From Patescibacteria group bacterium (GTDB taxonomy: Bacteria; Patescibacteriota; Minisyncoccia; Phycocordibacterales; Phycocordibacteraceae): DNA of 64,000 nt. A program made the position numbers and the translations under genes. The notes below the pieces were generated by a model. That model saw only the letters and a list, made by a program, of their open reading frames with translations. It had not been told where the DNA came from and did no database searches. How positions within the stretch are numbered: position 1 is the stretch's first letter; the number at the start of each line of letters is the position of its first letter. The stretch covers positions 229,675-293,674 of the forward strand of contig JAZKIU010000001.1 of assembly GCA_040384705.1 (NCBI GenBank), read 5' to 3'. Positions 19,497 to 28,038 of this stretch are shown here, piece after piece.

Positions 19497-20498
19497 ATGC
19501 AGTTTTCGTTCTACCGACCGAAGCGGGATATACGCCGCAAGCTCATCCTGTGGGGCATAGGGGCGATAGCGCTCATCGTCACGTTCCTCCTTGTCTACTC
19601 CAACATGTTCGGGCCGGTCGCGCAGTATGCAGAACCCGAGGAATTCATTGTGAATCCGGACACTCCCATCGAGGAAGTGGCGTCGGGCCTCAAGGAATTG
19701 AATTTCATAAAGAGCGAGCTCGCGTTCCGTATGGCATATGCGCTAACGGGCCACGAAGATATCGTTGAGGGAGGGTACAAGATAAGCCGGAGCCAGGACG
19801 CGTGGACCCTCGCGGAAGCGTTCGCGCGTCCCCCGTACCTTGCGTGGGTCACCATCCCGCCCGGGCTGCGCAAGGAGCAGATAGCGGAACTGCTGCAGAG
19901 GAAGCTCGGATGGACCGATGAGCAGGTCGAGAAGTGGGTGACGGTCGATACCGCTCCTGATGCCACCCTCATCGAGGGCGTGTACTTCGGCGATACGTAC
20001 CTCATCGCGTCCGACCAATCACCGGAGCAAGTAGCGCAGCGGCTGCGCGGCCGGTTCGAGGAAGTCTTCGCGCCGTACGCGGATCAGGCTGCCGACATGG
20101 ACCTCTCGTGGAACGAGCTCATCACGATGGCGTCACTCGTCGAGCGCGAGTCTGCGAAGAATGACAAAGCGCTCGTCGCAGGCATCATGTGGAATCGTCT
20201 CGATACTGGCATGCGGCTCCAGGTGGACGCTACCTTCCAGTACATCCGCGGGAAGAAAGGGAACTGGTGGCCAACACCGACCAAGGATGATAAATACATC
20301 GACTCACCATTCAATACGTATAAATACGCGGGACTCCCGCCGCACCCTATTGCTAACCCGAGCCTTGCTTCGATAAAAGCGGTGCTTGAGCCCGAGAACA
20401 CCGACTGCCTCTACTACCTCCATGATATGGATGGGGTAATACATTGCTCCGCGAACTATGCGGGGCAGCTGAGGAACGTTGATACGTATTTGCGATAG
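19497..20498 (+). CDS. mltG: Endolytic murein transglycosylase MltG (YceG family)
   Basis: It has an N-terminal TM anchor and YceG signature regions (FQYIRGKKGNWWPTP, YNTYKYAGLPPHPIANPSLASIKAVL). Confidence 0.85.
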   Translation: MQFSFYRPKRDIRRKLILWGIGAIALIVTFLLVYSNMFGPVAQYAEPEEFIVNPDTPIEEVASGLKELNFIKSELAFRMAYALTGHEDIVEGGYKISRSQDAWTLAEAFARPPYLAWVTIPPGLRKEQIAELLQRKLGWTDEQVEKWVTVDTAPDATLIEGVYFGDTYLIASDQSPEQVAQRLRGRFEEVFAPYADQAADMDLSWNELITMASLVERESAKNDKALVAGIMWNRLDTGMRLQVDATFQYIRGKKGNWWPTPTKDDKYIDSPFNTYKYAGLPPHPIANPSLASIKAVLEPENTDCLYYLHDMDGVIHCSANYAGQLRNVDTYLR

Positions 20499-20520
20499 GT
20501 TCGATACCTAGTCTGCCAGC
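20499..20520 (+). repeat. Copy 1 of a 22-nt direct repeat GTTCGATACCTAGTCTG(C/T)CAGC that resembles a tRNA T-loop and 3' end
   Basis: A 22/23-nt match to 29315..29336. It starts 1 nt after the mltG stop codon. Confidence 0.7.
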
Positions 20521-20524
20521 AAGA

Positions 20525-20560
20525 ACTCCGCGCCTTTCAGGGCGCGGAGTGCGAGGTCTT
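20525..20560 (+). terminator. Hairpin downstream of mltG
   Basis: ACTCCGCGCC-TTTCAG-GGCGCGGAGT. Confidence 0.5.
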
Positions 20561-20563
20561 CCT

Positions 20564-20857
20564 TCAACGTAGGTCACCTTGTCCTTCGAGGAGGTTCAAG
20601 GCTGCATTCCGAATGCGGATCTTCATGGCGTCGTCCACCGCGTCCGGATAGCCGGCGAGAAGCCGGACGGCCTCGATGGGGATGATCGCACCGAGTGTTC
20701 GTCCGTAGCGGTGAAAGCCCGTGATGCTCTTGAGCCCGAAGGCATCTTGGAGAATGTCTGGGAGGTTCCTTCTCCCCTCAGAGGTGGAGCAGAAACGTGC
20801 GGGGAATGCGGGAGTGGTACTCCCAAGCAACCACTGTTTACGAGTTCCCGAGGACAT
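20564..20857 (-). CDS. Hypothetical small protein, about 97 aa. The family is unclear and the C-terminus might be AbrB- or ribbon-helix-helix-like.
   Basis: A ribosome-binding site AGGAG sits 7 nt upstream of ATG 20857. The C-terminus reads GAIIPIEAVRLLAGYPDAVDDAMKIRIRNAALNLLE. A competing plus-strand ORF 20579..20875 has no ribosome-binding site. Confidence 0.35.
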   Translation of the reverse strand: MSSGTRKQWLLGSTTPAFPARFCSTSEGRRNLPDILQDAFGLKSITGFHRYGRTLGAIIPIEAVRLLAGYPDAVDDAMKIRIRNAALNLLEGQGDLR

Positions 20858-20935
20858 GAGCGTTCTCCTGAATGAGTCTAGACAGAACCTAACATGGATT
20901 GCATAAGGGTTCCAACCTCGTGCCAGATCCTCGCA

Positions 20936-20980
20936 AAAATAAAAAAAAGACCGCCACACGGATGTCGTGGGCGGTCTTTT
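20936..20980. terminator. Bidirectional rho-independent terminator
   Basis: AAAAAAAAGACCGCCACACGGATGTCGTGGGCGGTCTTTTGGG. Confidence 0.75.
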
Positions 20981-20999
20981 GGGCGGTGACCGATTCGGG

Positions 21000-21209
21000 T
21001 TAGACCAAAGTCATGTATCCGCGCGGGATACTGACCTGGGAAGGATCGATCCCATGCTTGTGCAGGAAGTTCAGCAGGTCTTGAAGCGTGATGCTGTCGC
21101 GGTTGCCGTGGAAACCGGGATTCGTTCCAAGAGCCCTCTTTCCCTTCGCGCTCCCGCTTTTCAGCGGAGCGCGGATATAGAATTTGTCGGTGCTTCGTGC
21201 GCGCGGCAT
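21000..21209 (-). CDS. Small conserved basic protein, 69 aa, with a C-terminal HeH or Rho_N-like helix pair
   Basis: A perfect ribosome-binding site GAGGAGGG sits 6 nt upstream of ATG. The protein is MPRARSTDKFYIRAPLKSGSAKGKRALG...ITLQDLLNFLHKHGIDPSQV. A terminator follows. Confidence 0.55.
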   Translation of the reverse strand: MPRARSTDKFYIRAPLKSGSAKGKRALGTNPGFHGNRDSITLQDLLNFLHKHGIDPSQVSIPRGYMTLV

Positions 21210-21455
21210 TTCGCCCTCCTCGCAGTTGGTACAGTTCGGTATCTACTATACGCATTATATTGACTTTGTCAATCACGACGGTTCTCGCATCGGGCGCAAC
21301 CACATCGTAGCTTTCGCGTACTCAGGTAAGGCAGGACGGGGTCGCGCTGGATTCCTTTATATAGCTAATGGATTGACGCTTCATCTATATAAAGGTATTC
21401 TATTTTCAATTGCCCGCGGGGCCTTTTTATTTTATTCGCAAGCCAGATTCGTCAT

Positions 21456-23243
21456 ATGGAAACCCGGAATATCGCCATCATCGCCCACGTGGATCACGGA
21501 AAGACCACGCTCACCGACGCCATCCTCAAGGAAACGGGCGCCGCAGCCGCTGGCGTGTCCATGGACTCCAACGCGCTCGAGCACGAGCGTGGTATCACCA
21601 TCTACTCCAAGAACGCCTCGGTGGAGTACAAGGGAACGAAGATAAACATCGTCGACACCCCGGGACACTCCGACTTCGGCTCTGAAGTTGAGCGCGTGCT
21701 CCGTTCCATCGATTCGGTGCTCCTCATCGTGGACGCGCAGGAAGGTCCTATGCCGCAGACCCGCTTCGTACTTAAGAAGTCGCTCGAGCTCGGCCTCAAG
21801 CCTATCGTGGTGCTCAATAAGATAGACAAGCCAGCAGCGGACCCCGATCGCGCCGAAGAGCAGGTGCTTGAGCTCTTCCTCGAGCTCGGTGCTTCTGATG
21901 AGCAGTCCGACTTCAAGGTGGTATATGCCATCGGCCGCGAAGGCGTCGCCATGAAGAAGCTCGACGACGAGCGCGTGAACCTCGAACCGCTTCTCGATAC
22001 CGTTCTTGAGAACGTACCGGCAGCGTCTGAAGCTGGGGACGAAGCGAAGCCCCTCAAGCTCCAGTCATTCAATCTCGCGTACGATAACTTCCTCGGCCGC
22101 CTCGCCATCTGCCGCGTATACGAGGGAACCCTCACTCCGGGACAGAACGTCATCGTGAAGAAGCCCGACGGCACCGCACGTAACGGAAAGACGACGAAGA
22201 TATTCACCTTCAAGGGTCTTGAGCGCATCGAAGCTACGGAGGCGACCGCAGGCGACATCGTCATCGTCGCCGGTCTCCCTGACGTATTCATCGGAGAGAC
22301 CATCACTACCGACCCTGCTATGGAGCCGATGCCCGCTATCGCCATCGACGAGCCGACCATCACAGTGAACTTCCTCGTGAACAACTCACCATTCGCCGGA
22401 CGCGAAGGGAAGTACGTGACGAGCCGCCAGCTCCGCGAATACCTCGAGCGCGAGCTCGAAGTGAACGTGGGACTCAAGGTGGACTTCGTTTCCCCTGACG
22501 CCTTCAAGGTTTCGGGCCGCGGTGAGCTCCACATCGCTATCCTCCTCGAGAACATGCGCCGTGCAGGATACGAGATGCAGGTCTCCCAGCCGCAGGTAAT
22601 CATCCGCGAGGAGGAGGGCCAGAAGCTCGAGCCGTACGAGGAGGTCACTATCGATACCCCTACCGAATTCCAGGGCGCGATCATCGAGCGCCTGGGTACC
22701 CGCGCATTCGTGCTCATGAACCTCGTGCAGCACGGCGACACGGTGCGCCTCACGCTCGAGGGCCCTACTCGCGGCCTTCTCGGATACCGCAACCAGTTCG
22801 TCGTCGACACCAAGGGCGAAGGGATACTTTCAACGCGCGTGCTCGGCTTCAAGCCGTACGCAGGCGAGATAAAGAAGCGCCAGGTGGGCTCCATGATCTC
22901 CATGGCGACCGGCAAGGCGCTCGGCTACGCGCTTTGGAGCATGCAGGAGCGTGGCGTCCTCTACATCACCCCAGCTACCGAAGTGTACGAAGGCATGGTG
23001 GTGGGCAATACCTCGAAGGGCGAGGAGATGGTGGTGAACCCGACCAAAGGAAAGAACCAGAGCAACGTCCGCTCGTCCGGTATGGACGAGGCCATCAACC
23101 TCGTGCCTGCATTCACCCTCTCCATCGAGCGCGGCCTCGAAGTCATGACCGACGACGAGTACCTCGAGATCACACCGCTATCGGTGCGTCTGCGTAAGCA
23201 GGGGCTTACTGAGAGCGATCGCTCAAAGAACCGCCGCTCATAG
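21456..23243 (+). CDS. typA: Translational GTPase TypA/BipA
   Basis: It carries IAIIAHVDHGKTTL, DTPGHSDF and NKID G-motifs. The domain order and length (595 aa) are EF-G-like. Confidence 0.95.
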   Translation: METRNIAIIAHVDHGKTTLTDAILKETGAAAAGVSMDSNALEHERGITIYSKNASVEYKGTKINIVDTPGHSDFGSEVERVLRSIDSVLLIVDAQEGPMPQTRFVLKKSLELGLKPIVVLNKIDKPAADPDRAEEQVLELFLELGASDEQSDFKVVYAIGREGVAMKKLDDERVNLEPLLDTVLENVPAASEAGDEAKPLKLQSFNLAYDNFLGRLAICRVYEGTLTPGQNVIVKKPDGTARNGKTTKIFTFKGLERIEATEATAGDIVIVAGLPDVFIGETITTDPAMEPMPAIAIDEPTITVNFLVNNSPFAGREGKYVTSRQLREYLERELEVNVGLKVDFVSPDAFKVSGRGELHIAILLENMRRAGYEMQVSQPQVIIREEEGQKLEPYEEVTIDTPTEFQGAIIERLGTRAFVLMNLVQHGDTVRLTLEGPTRGLLGYRNQFVVDTKGEGILSTRVLGFKPYAGEIKKRQVGSMISMATGKALGYALWSMQERGVLYITPATEVYEGMVVGNTSKGEEMVVNPTKGKNQSNVRSSGMDEAINLVPAFTLSIERGLEVMTDDEYLEITPLSVRLRKQGLTESDRSKNRRS

Positions 23244-23245
23244 AG

Positions 23246-23274
23246 AAAGCCGAGCTTAGCTCGGCTTTTTCTTT
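23246..23274 (+). terminator. Rho-independent terminator after typA
   Basis: AAAGCCGAGCTTAGCTCGGCTTTTTCTTT. Confidence 0.8.
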
Positions 23275-23383
23275 GCATTGTGGAGCAGGCATATCTCTGC
23301 TAGGTTACGTCGGGTTTCACCGAATCAATCAAGCGGGTAGATGAAGGCATTGTGCCTAAAATGCCCGAAGGGAGGTCTTTGTC

Positions 23384-23722
23384 ATGACTCAAGGCACGTT
23401 CGACGACCGATTCCAGGCGCTCATGCATCAGAGACGTCAAACGTCCCTCGAGGAGCAGCAACTCCGCGGTGTCGAAGAAGTGGGTTTCCGCGTGGCTATC
23501 TCGATGGATGAATCGGAGGAGGGCCGCCAAGAGCTTCGATTGGGCGAAAACACCCTCATCGCCTGGTTCCGCTCTGGCTGCAAGAACAAGGGCGGAGCGG
23601 AGTGCACCGCAATGGGTGTGGAGCTCATCCGTCCGCCGGAACTGACTCACGAGCAGTACGCGGTGGCGAAAACCTGGCTCGCGGGACTGATCGAAGCTCA
23701 TGTGTGCCAGCATCTTCTATAA
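23384..23722 (+). CDS. Hypothetical protein, 112 aa
   Basis: A ribosome-binding site GGGAGG sits 8 nt upstream. A hairpin follows. No family is recognised. Confidence 0.5.
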   Translation: MTQGTFDDRFQALMHQRRQTSLEEQQLRGVEEVGFRVAISMDESEEGRQELRLGENTLIAWFRSGCKNKGGAECTAMGVELIRPPELTHEQYAVAKTWLAGLIEAHVCQHLL

Positions 23723-23820
23723 AGTTGAAGAAAGGGACGGTCCATCAGGGCCGTCCCTTCACCATTTCTATATATAGCTTTTCATACCGTATAAGGGTTA
23801 TTAGTCACTAACGAAATTCC

Positions 23821-23973
23821 ATGTTCTACACCATCGCAGTGATACTTCTGGTGCTCTGGCTTCTCGGCCTCGTGACGTCGTACACGCTTGGTGGATTCAT
23901 CCATCTGCTTCTCGTCGTCGCGGTCATCATGGTCCTGGTGCGTCTCATCCAGGGCAGAAACCCGATAGCCTAA
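23821..23973 (+). CDS. lmo0937-family small membrane protein, 50 aa
   Basis: MFYTIAVILLVLWLLGLVTSYTLGGFIHLLLVVAVIMVLVRLIQGRNP matches the conserved lmo0937 small-protein family. It is under 60 aa and so absent from the track. Confidence 0.7.
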   Translation: MFYTIAVILLVLWLLGLVTSYTLGGFIHLLLVVAVIMVLVRLIQGRNPIA

Positions 23974-23979
23974 AACTGT

Positions 23980-24283
23980 ATGCCGCGCGGGGATAAATCA
24001 GCGTACTACCGACAAGCAGAAGCGCCAAGCCGAGTATATCGAAGAAGGATATGAGGAGCGGGGCGTACCTGAAAAGGAAGCTGAAGCCCGCGCATGGGCC
24101 ACGGTGAACAAGATGACCGGAGGAGGCAAGAAGAGCGGTTCAGGAAGAGGGAAGAAGGTGAACAAGGCGCCCGCGAAGAAAGGCGGCCGCAAGGGCGGGG
24201 CAGCGAGTGCTAAGCGCTCTGCGGCCGCGAAGTCCAAGTCAGCTAAGAAAGCCGCCGGTACGCGGGCGAGACAGAAGAGCTGA
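23980..24283 (+). pseudogene. Small Lys/Gly-rich conserved stress protein whose reading frame is interrupted by a +1 frameshift near codon 9. In actinobacteria the family is often annotated as a plasmid stabilization protein.
   Basis: ATG 23980 encodes MPRGDKSAY, then the frame breaks around 24004-24010. Frame +2 continues as TDKQKRQAEYIEEGYEERGVPEKEAEARAWATVNKMTGGGKKSGSGRGKK...KKAAGTRARQKS and ends at 24283. A strong terminator follows. Confidence 0.5.
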
Positions 24284-24296
24284 TACGGACGTAAGG

Positions 24297-24338
24297 GAAA
24301 CAACGAGGCACCGTCATGGCGGTGCCTCGTTGTTTTTG
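24297..24338 (+). terminator. Strong rho-independent terminator
   Basis: AACAACGAGGCACCG-TCATGG-CGGTGCCTCGTTGTTTTTGGG. Confidence 0.85.
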
Positions 24339-24429
24339 GGCGAGGGTGGTAACATCCGGCCAGAAGAAGGAGTTCTACGGTATAGAGCCGCGCTCTTCGA
24401 CACTCTAACCCCTTATCTAGGAGCATGTG

Positions 24430-24975
24430 ATGACGGACGTTCCGCTTACGCCTGAGCAACTGCTCCGCAGAGCGAAAAGCCAGGTAACTGCACCGGCTTC
24501 CGGCCGCATCCTGGTGATGCTGTGCCCGGAAATGCCCGAATGGAATACCTTCGACGAGCTCGTCTCGCTCGGAGCGCCCAGTACCGATGCCGGATGCCGC
24601 TCCCGCATGTGGGAGGGAGCCCGGACGTGCTGCGAGCATAGGAAGGCAGGACGACCGCTTATCCTGCTCAACTACGGGCTCGGCAGCCATACGTATCTCG
24701 ATGACCCCCTCGCGTGGGGCCGGAAGGAGGGATTGGTTCCTGCGTGCGTCCATACATGCCTCGGCATTTCGGCTGCGCACCCCAATCTTCCGATTGACCG
24801 GTTTAAGCTCCATAGCGAACCGGGATTCAGCCTCTTCGTCCCGATCGTATACGACCATGAGAGCGAACGCCGCAACTTCCGTATCGGGTACAACGGGATC
24901 CGGCGCACGCTCGAGTGCTCATGGGCGGGATATGGGATAAGCGGGCACAACTGGTCCGTGTTCGAGGCCGCTTAG
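24430..24975 (+). CDS. Hypothetical Cys-rich protein, 181 aa
   Basis: A ribosome-binding site AGGAG sits 6 nt upstream. The protein has eight Cys, including a CC pair and a CxxxC. A terminator follows. No family is recognised. Confidence 0.5.
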   Translation: MTDVPLTPEQLLRRAKSQVTAPASGRILVMLCPEMPEWNTFDELVSLGAPSTDAGCRSRMWEGARTCCEHRKAGRPLILLNYGLGSHTYLDDPLAWGRKEGLVPACVHTCLGISAAHPNLPIDRFKLHSEPGFSLFVPIVYDHESERRNFRIGYNGIRRTLECSWAGYGISGHNWSVFEAA

Positions 24976-24986
24976 TTGCCTGATTC

Positions 24987-25025
24987 GACGCCTCGCCCTG
25001 CTTTCGGGCGGGGCGTCATTTGTTT
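24987..25025 (+). terminator. Rho-independent terminator
   Basis: GACGCCTCGCCC-TGCTTTC-GGGCGGGGCGTCATTTGTTT. Confidence 0.8.
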
Positions 25026-25214
25026 ACACACCTTGCAAAACAAGGAGGTAAGTGCTATAGTTCCCCCACAACGGTTACTCCATAGTGTTTGACGTCTTGA
25101 GAGCGAACTCATCAGGACCAGCCAAAGCGGAAAGCGCATCGGCTTGAAACTCTCGAGGACGGTTGATTACTCAACACGAAGAGCGATTACGCTCTCGTTC
25201 AAACAGATACATAC

Positions 25215-26624
25215 ATGCAAAATAGCAATTTCTCTTCACGCGATAAGCGTGGAGGCAATCGGTCGGGTGGTTCATCCTCCCGTCCTAGCCGCAGCGGCTC
25301 CAGCCGTGGTGGCGCAAGCAACGCGTACGAAGCGGGCATGCAGTTCGCTCTTGCGAACGGCGCTCCTCGTCGTCCTCAGCGTAGTTTCGGACCGCCTCGT
25401 GGCGGTGGCGGCTCCCGTGGCCCCTCGTCCTCTTCGCGTCCTTCGTTCGACCGTGGCCCTCGTGGTGGCGGTTCCTCGAACCGTTCCGGCGGCAAGCGCG
25501 GCTTCCAGGAGATGAACGTCGACCTGAATAAGCTCATCAACAAGGCCTCAGCACCTGAAACGGTAGAGGCATACGTACCCGAGCACGCATTCGCGGGCTT
25601 CGCTATCGATGAACGCCTCAAAGCGAACATCGCAAGCAAGGGATACGTCACCCCAACCCCTATCCAGGACCAGTCCATACCGCACGTCCTCAAGGGGCTC
25701 GATGTGGTTGGTCTCGCGAACACGGGTACTGGCAAGACAGCGGCATTCCTCATTCCGCTCATCGACAAGGTGCTCAAGTTCCGTGCGCTCGGCCAGACTG
25801 AGCGCGTGCTCATCATGGTTCCTACCCGCGAGCTCGCCATCCAGATTGAGCAGGAGTTCTTCGGCTTCGCCAAGGGCCTCCAGCTCAATTCAGTGACCAT
25901 CGTCGGAGGAGCTAACATCTCTCCGCAGATTCGTGTCCTTCGCCGCAACCCTTCCTTCGTCATTGGTACGCCCGGACGTCTCAAGGACATCATGGAGCGC
26001 AAGGAGCTCGACCTCTCCGACTTCGGTACCGTTGTTCTCGACGAGGCCGATCGCATGCTCGACATGGGATTCATCAACGATATGCGTTTCATCATGGGCT
26101 TCATGCGGAACGTCCGTCACACGCTCTTCTTCTCGGCAACGCTGTCGAAGGATATCGAGCGCCTCATCGGAGAGTTCCTCAAGGATCCGGTCCGCGTCTC
26201 GGTGAAGACCCGCGAGACCTCGCACACCATCGACCAGGACGTCGTGCGCGTCGCGCCTTCCGAGAAGCTCAACAAGCTCGTTGACCTTCTCCAGGCTCCG
26301 GACATGGAACGCGTGCTCGTCTTCGGACGCACCAAGCACGGCGTGGAGCGCCTCGCGAAGGACCTTCGCCAGGCCGGCATCAAGGCCGATTCCATCCACG
26401 GCAACAAGACGCACTCCGCGCGCCAGAAGGCCCTTGGGCTCTTCAAGCAGTCGCATGTGCGCGTGCTTGTGGCAACTGACGTCGCGGCTCGTGGTCTCGA
26501 CATCTCGGGGGTGACGCACGTCATCAACTTCGACCTGCCGGGCACCTACGAGGATTACACCCACCGCATCGGCCGCACTGGTCGCGCGGGCATGGGTGGG
26601 AAGGCGCTTACGTTCATCTCATAA
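25215..26624 (+). CDS. DEAD-box ATP-dependent RNA helicase with an N-terminal Arg/Gly/Ser-rich low-complexity extension
   Basis: It carries Q-motif, GTGKTAAF, DEAD (VLDEADRML), SAT and HRIGRTGR motifs. About 100 aa of RGG/SR-rich sequence precede the helicase core. A long 5' UTR separates the gene from the previous terminator. Confidence 0.9.
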   Translation: MQNSNFSSRDKRGGNRSGGSSSRPSRSGSSRGGASNAYEAGMQFALANGAPRRPQRSFGPPRGGGGSRGPSSSSRPSFDRGPRGGGSSNRSGGKRGFQEMNVDLNKLINKASAPETVEAYVPEHAFAGFAIDERLKANIASKGYVTPTPIQDQSIPHVLKGLDVVGLANTGTGKTAAFLIPLIDKVLKFRALGQTERVLIMVPTRELAIQIEQEFFGFAKGLQLNSVTIVGGANISPQIRVLRRNPSFVIGTPGRLKDIMERKELDLSDFGTVVLDEADRMLDMGFINDMRFIMGFMRNVRHTLFFSATLSKDIERLIGEFLKDPVRVSVKTRETSHTIDQDVVRVAPSEKLNKLVDLLQAPDMERVLVFGRTKHGVERLAKDLRQAGIKADSIHGNKTHSARQKALGLFKQSHVRVLVATDVAARGLDISGVTHVINFDLPGTYEDYTHRIGRTGRAGMGGKALTFIS

Positions 26625-26642
26625 GGGATCGAACGACGCCAC

Positions 26643-26680
26643 ACAAAAGCCGCGGCACTGCCCGCGGCTTTTGTGCTATT
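26643..26680 (+). terminator. Rho-independent terminator
   Basis: ACAAAAGCCGCGG-CACTGC-CCGCGGCTTTTGTGCTATTT. Confidence 0.8.
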
Positions 26681-26739
26681 TGACTCCTAGAATGAGTACC
26701 GCACTATGTATCTAGATGGTTTAAACTCGGAGAACGCAG

Positions 26740-27186
26740 ATGCCGAATCGCCCGCTTGTGCCGAAGGATTTCAGTTTCACCTTGCTTGACGCAATGAGTA
26801 GCGAGTTTGAGGGAGGGCAAGACTTCCAACTCATCGCCCTTCATTTCATGGAGCATGTCACGGAATGGAAGGAACGCGCGAAGACTCGCGGCCTTGAGCA
26901 TTTCATTCCGGAGGATGCAGAACCTTTTATGGAAGGGATCGCGTGCGCACTCAAACGGTCGATGAAGGGCAGCGCCGATCTCGCGCCGGTTCCAAGCATA
27001 CCGGTTCCTGATGCGTACGCTGCGGCTGAGGCCTTCGCGAAGCGGCTGCTCGCTTTCGACGTAGTCCGAGCTTCGACCGAAGAACGGTCAGGTATTCGGA
27101 AATTCCTCGCCGATTTCCACAGTGGCATGATGACGAATCTGGAAGATACTTTCTTTCATGGTCGGCGTCGGCGCCATGCCCTCTGA
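26740..27186 (+). CDS. Hypothetical protein, 148 aa
   Basis: A ribosome-binding site GGAG sits 8 nt upstream. A terminator follows. No family is recognised. Confidence 0.5.
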   Translation: MPNRPLVPKDFSFTLLDAMSSEFEGGQDFQLIALHFMEHVTEWKERAKTRGLEHFIPEDAEPFMEGIACALKRSMKGSADLAPVPSIPVPDAYAAAEAFAKRLLAFDVVRASTEERSGIRKFLADFHSGMMTNLEDTFFHGRRRRHAL

Positions 27187-27196
27187 CTGATGCGGC

Positions 27197-27230
27197 AAAG
27201 ACCCCAGGCGCTTGCGCCTGGGGTTTTGGT
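27197..27230 (+). terminator. Rho-independent terminator
   Basis: AAAGACCCCAGGCGC-TTG-CGCCTGGGGTTTTGG. Confidence 0.85.
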
Positions 27231-27270
27231 ATACTAAGGGCTATTGGAAATAAAAGGGCGTAATACTTAT

Positions 27271-27969
27271 ATGGAAAAAGCAGATACTGGTTCGTTCATG
27301 GAGAAGTACATGACCCCTATCGCGGTCATAGTGGGTGCGCTTATCATCGCAGGTGCGTTCGCGTTCGGTCGCGGGGATGGCATGCCTACGCAACCAGGGG
27401 AGCAGGCAGCGAAGGCAGTTAACATCAAGGATGTGAAGGATAACGGTCCGTTCCTGGGCGATAAGAACGCGCCGGTCGTCATGGCGTACTGGTTCGATTA
27501 CCAGTGCCCGTTCTGCAAGCAGTTCGAGCAGACGGCGATGGTGCAGATATACGACACCTATGTCGCGACCGGGAAAGTGAAGATCCTCATCAAGGACTTC
27601 CAGTTCCTCGGGCCTGATTCAGAAGCAGGCGCGCTCTACTCGCGTGCCGTATGGGAGGCGCATCCAGAGCTCTATTACGAGTGGTACAAGGCGATGTTCG
27701 TCGCGCAGGACGAAGAGCATGGCGGGTTCGGCGATGAGAAGAGCGTCGATACGCTGACTCGTGGTGTCGCCGGCATCGACGGCGACCGCGTCGCAGCGCT
27801 CGTAGCGTCCAATCGCGCCAAGTACTTGGAGGCCATCGCAGCTGACCGTGCAGAAGGTTCCGCGCTTGGCGTCACCGGCACCCCAGCGATGATAGTCGGG
27901 AAGTCGCTTCTCGCAGGCGCCCAGCCGTTCGCATCGGTCGCAGCGTTGATTGATGCAGAATTGAAGTAA
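27271..27969 (+). CDS. DsbA-like thiol:disulfide oxidoreductase with a thioredoxin fold and a membrane-anchored N-terminus
   Basis: It has a CPFC active site (YWFDYQCPFCKQFE) and an N-terminal TM anchor. The start is uncertain among TTG 27244, ATG 27271 and ATG 27298. Confidence 0.8.
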   Translation: MEKADTGSFMEKYMTPIAVIVGALIIAGAFAFGRGDGMPTQPGEQAAKAVNIKDVKDNGPFLGDKNAPVVMAYWFDYQCPFCKQFEQTAMVQIYDTYVATGKVKILIKDFQFLGPDSEAGALYSRAVWEAHPELYYEWYKAMFVAQDEEHGGFGDEKSVDTLTRGVAGIDGDRVAALVASNRAKYLEAIAADRAEGSALGVTGTPAMIVGKSLLAGAQPFASVAALIDAELK

Positions 27970-27986
27970 TCAAAGACGCTTTTAAC

Positions 27987-28016
27987 AAAATGGCCTTCCT
28001 ATAGGAAGGCCATTTT
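27987..28016. terminator. Rho-independent terminator
   Basis: AAAATGGCCTTCC-TATA-GGAAGGCCATTTTG. Confidence 0.8.
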
Positions 28017-28038
28017 GCGTATACGCTATACTTCCTTT

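Noticed and set aside
21411-21432. Hairpin and T-run (GCCCGCGGGGCCTTTTTATTTT) just upstream of typA as an attenuator
   Set aside because: The stem is only 4 bp with a 3-nt loop, which is too weak to call. It is probably part of the promoter or UTR.
23998-24858. 286-aa minus-strand ORF in the track
   Set aside because: It lies antisense to four short plus-strand genes that each have their own ribosome-binding site and terminator, including the conserved lmo0937 and Lys-rich genes. It is Arg/Ala/Pro-rich, as expected from GC3-biased antisense reading. No start context is present.
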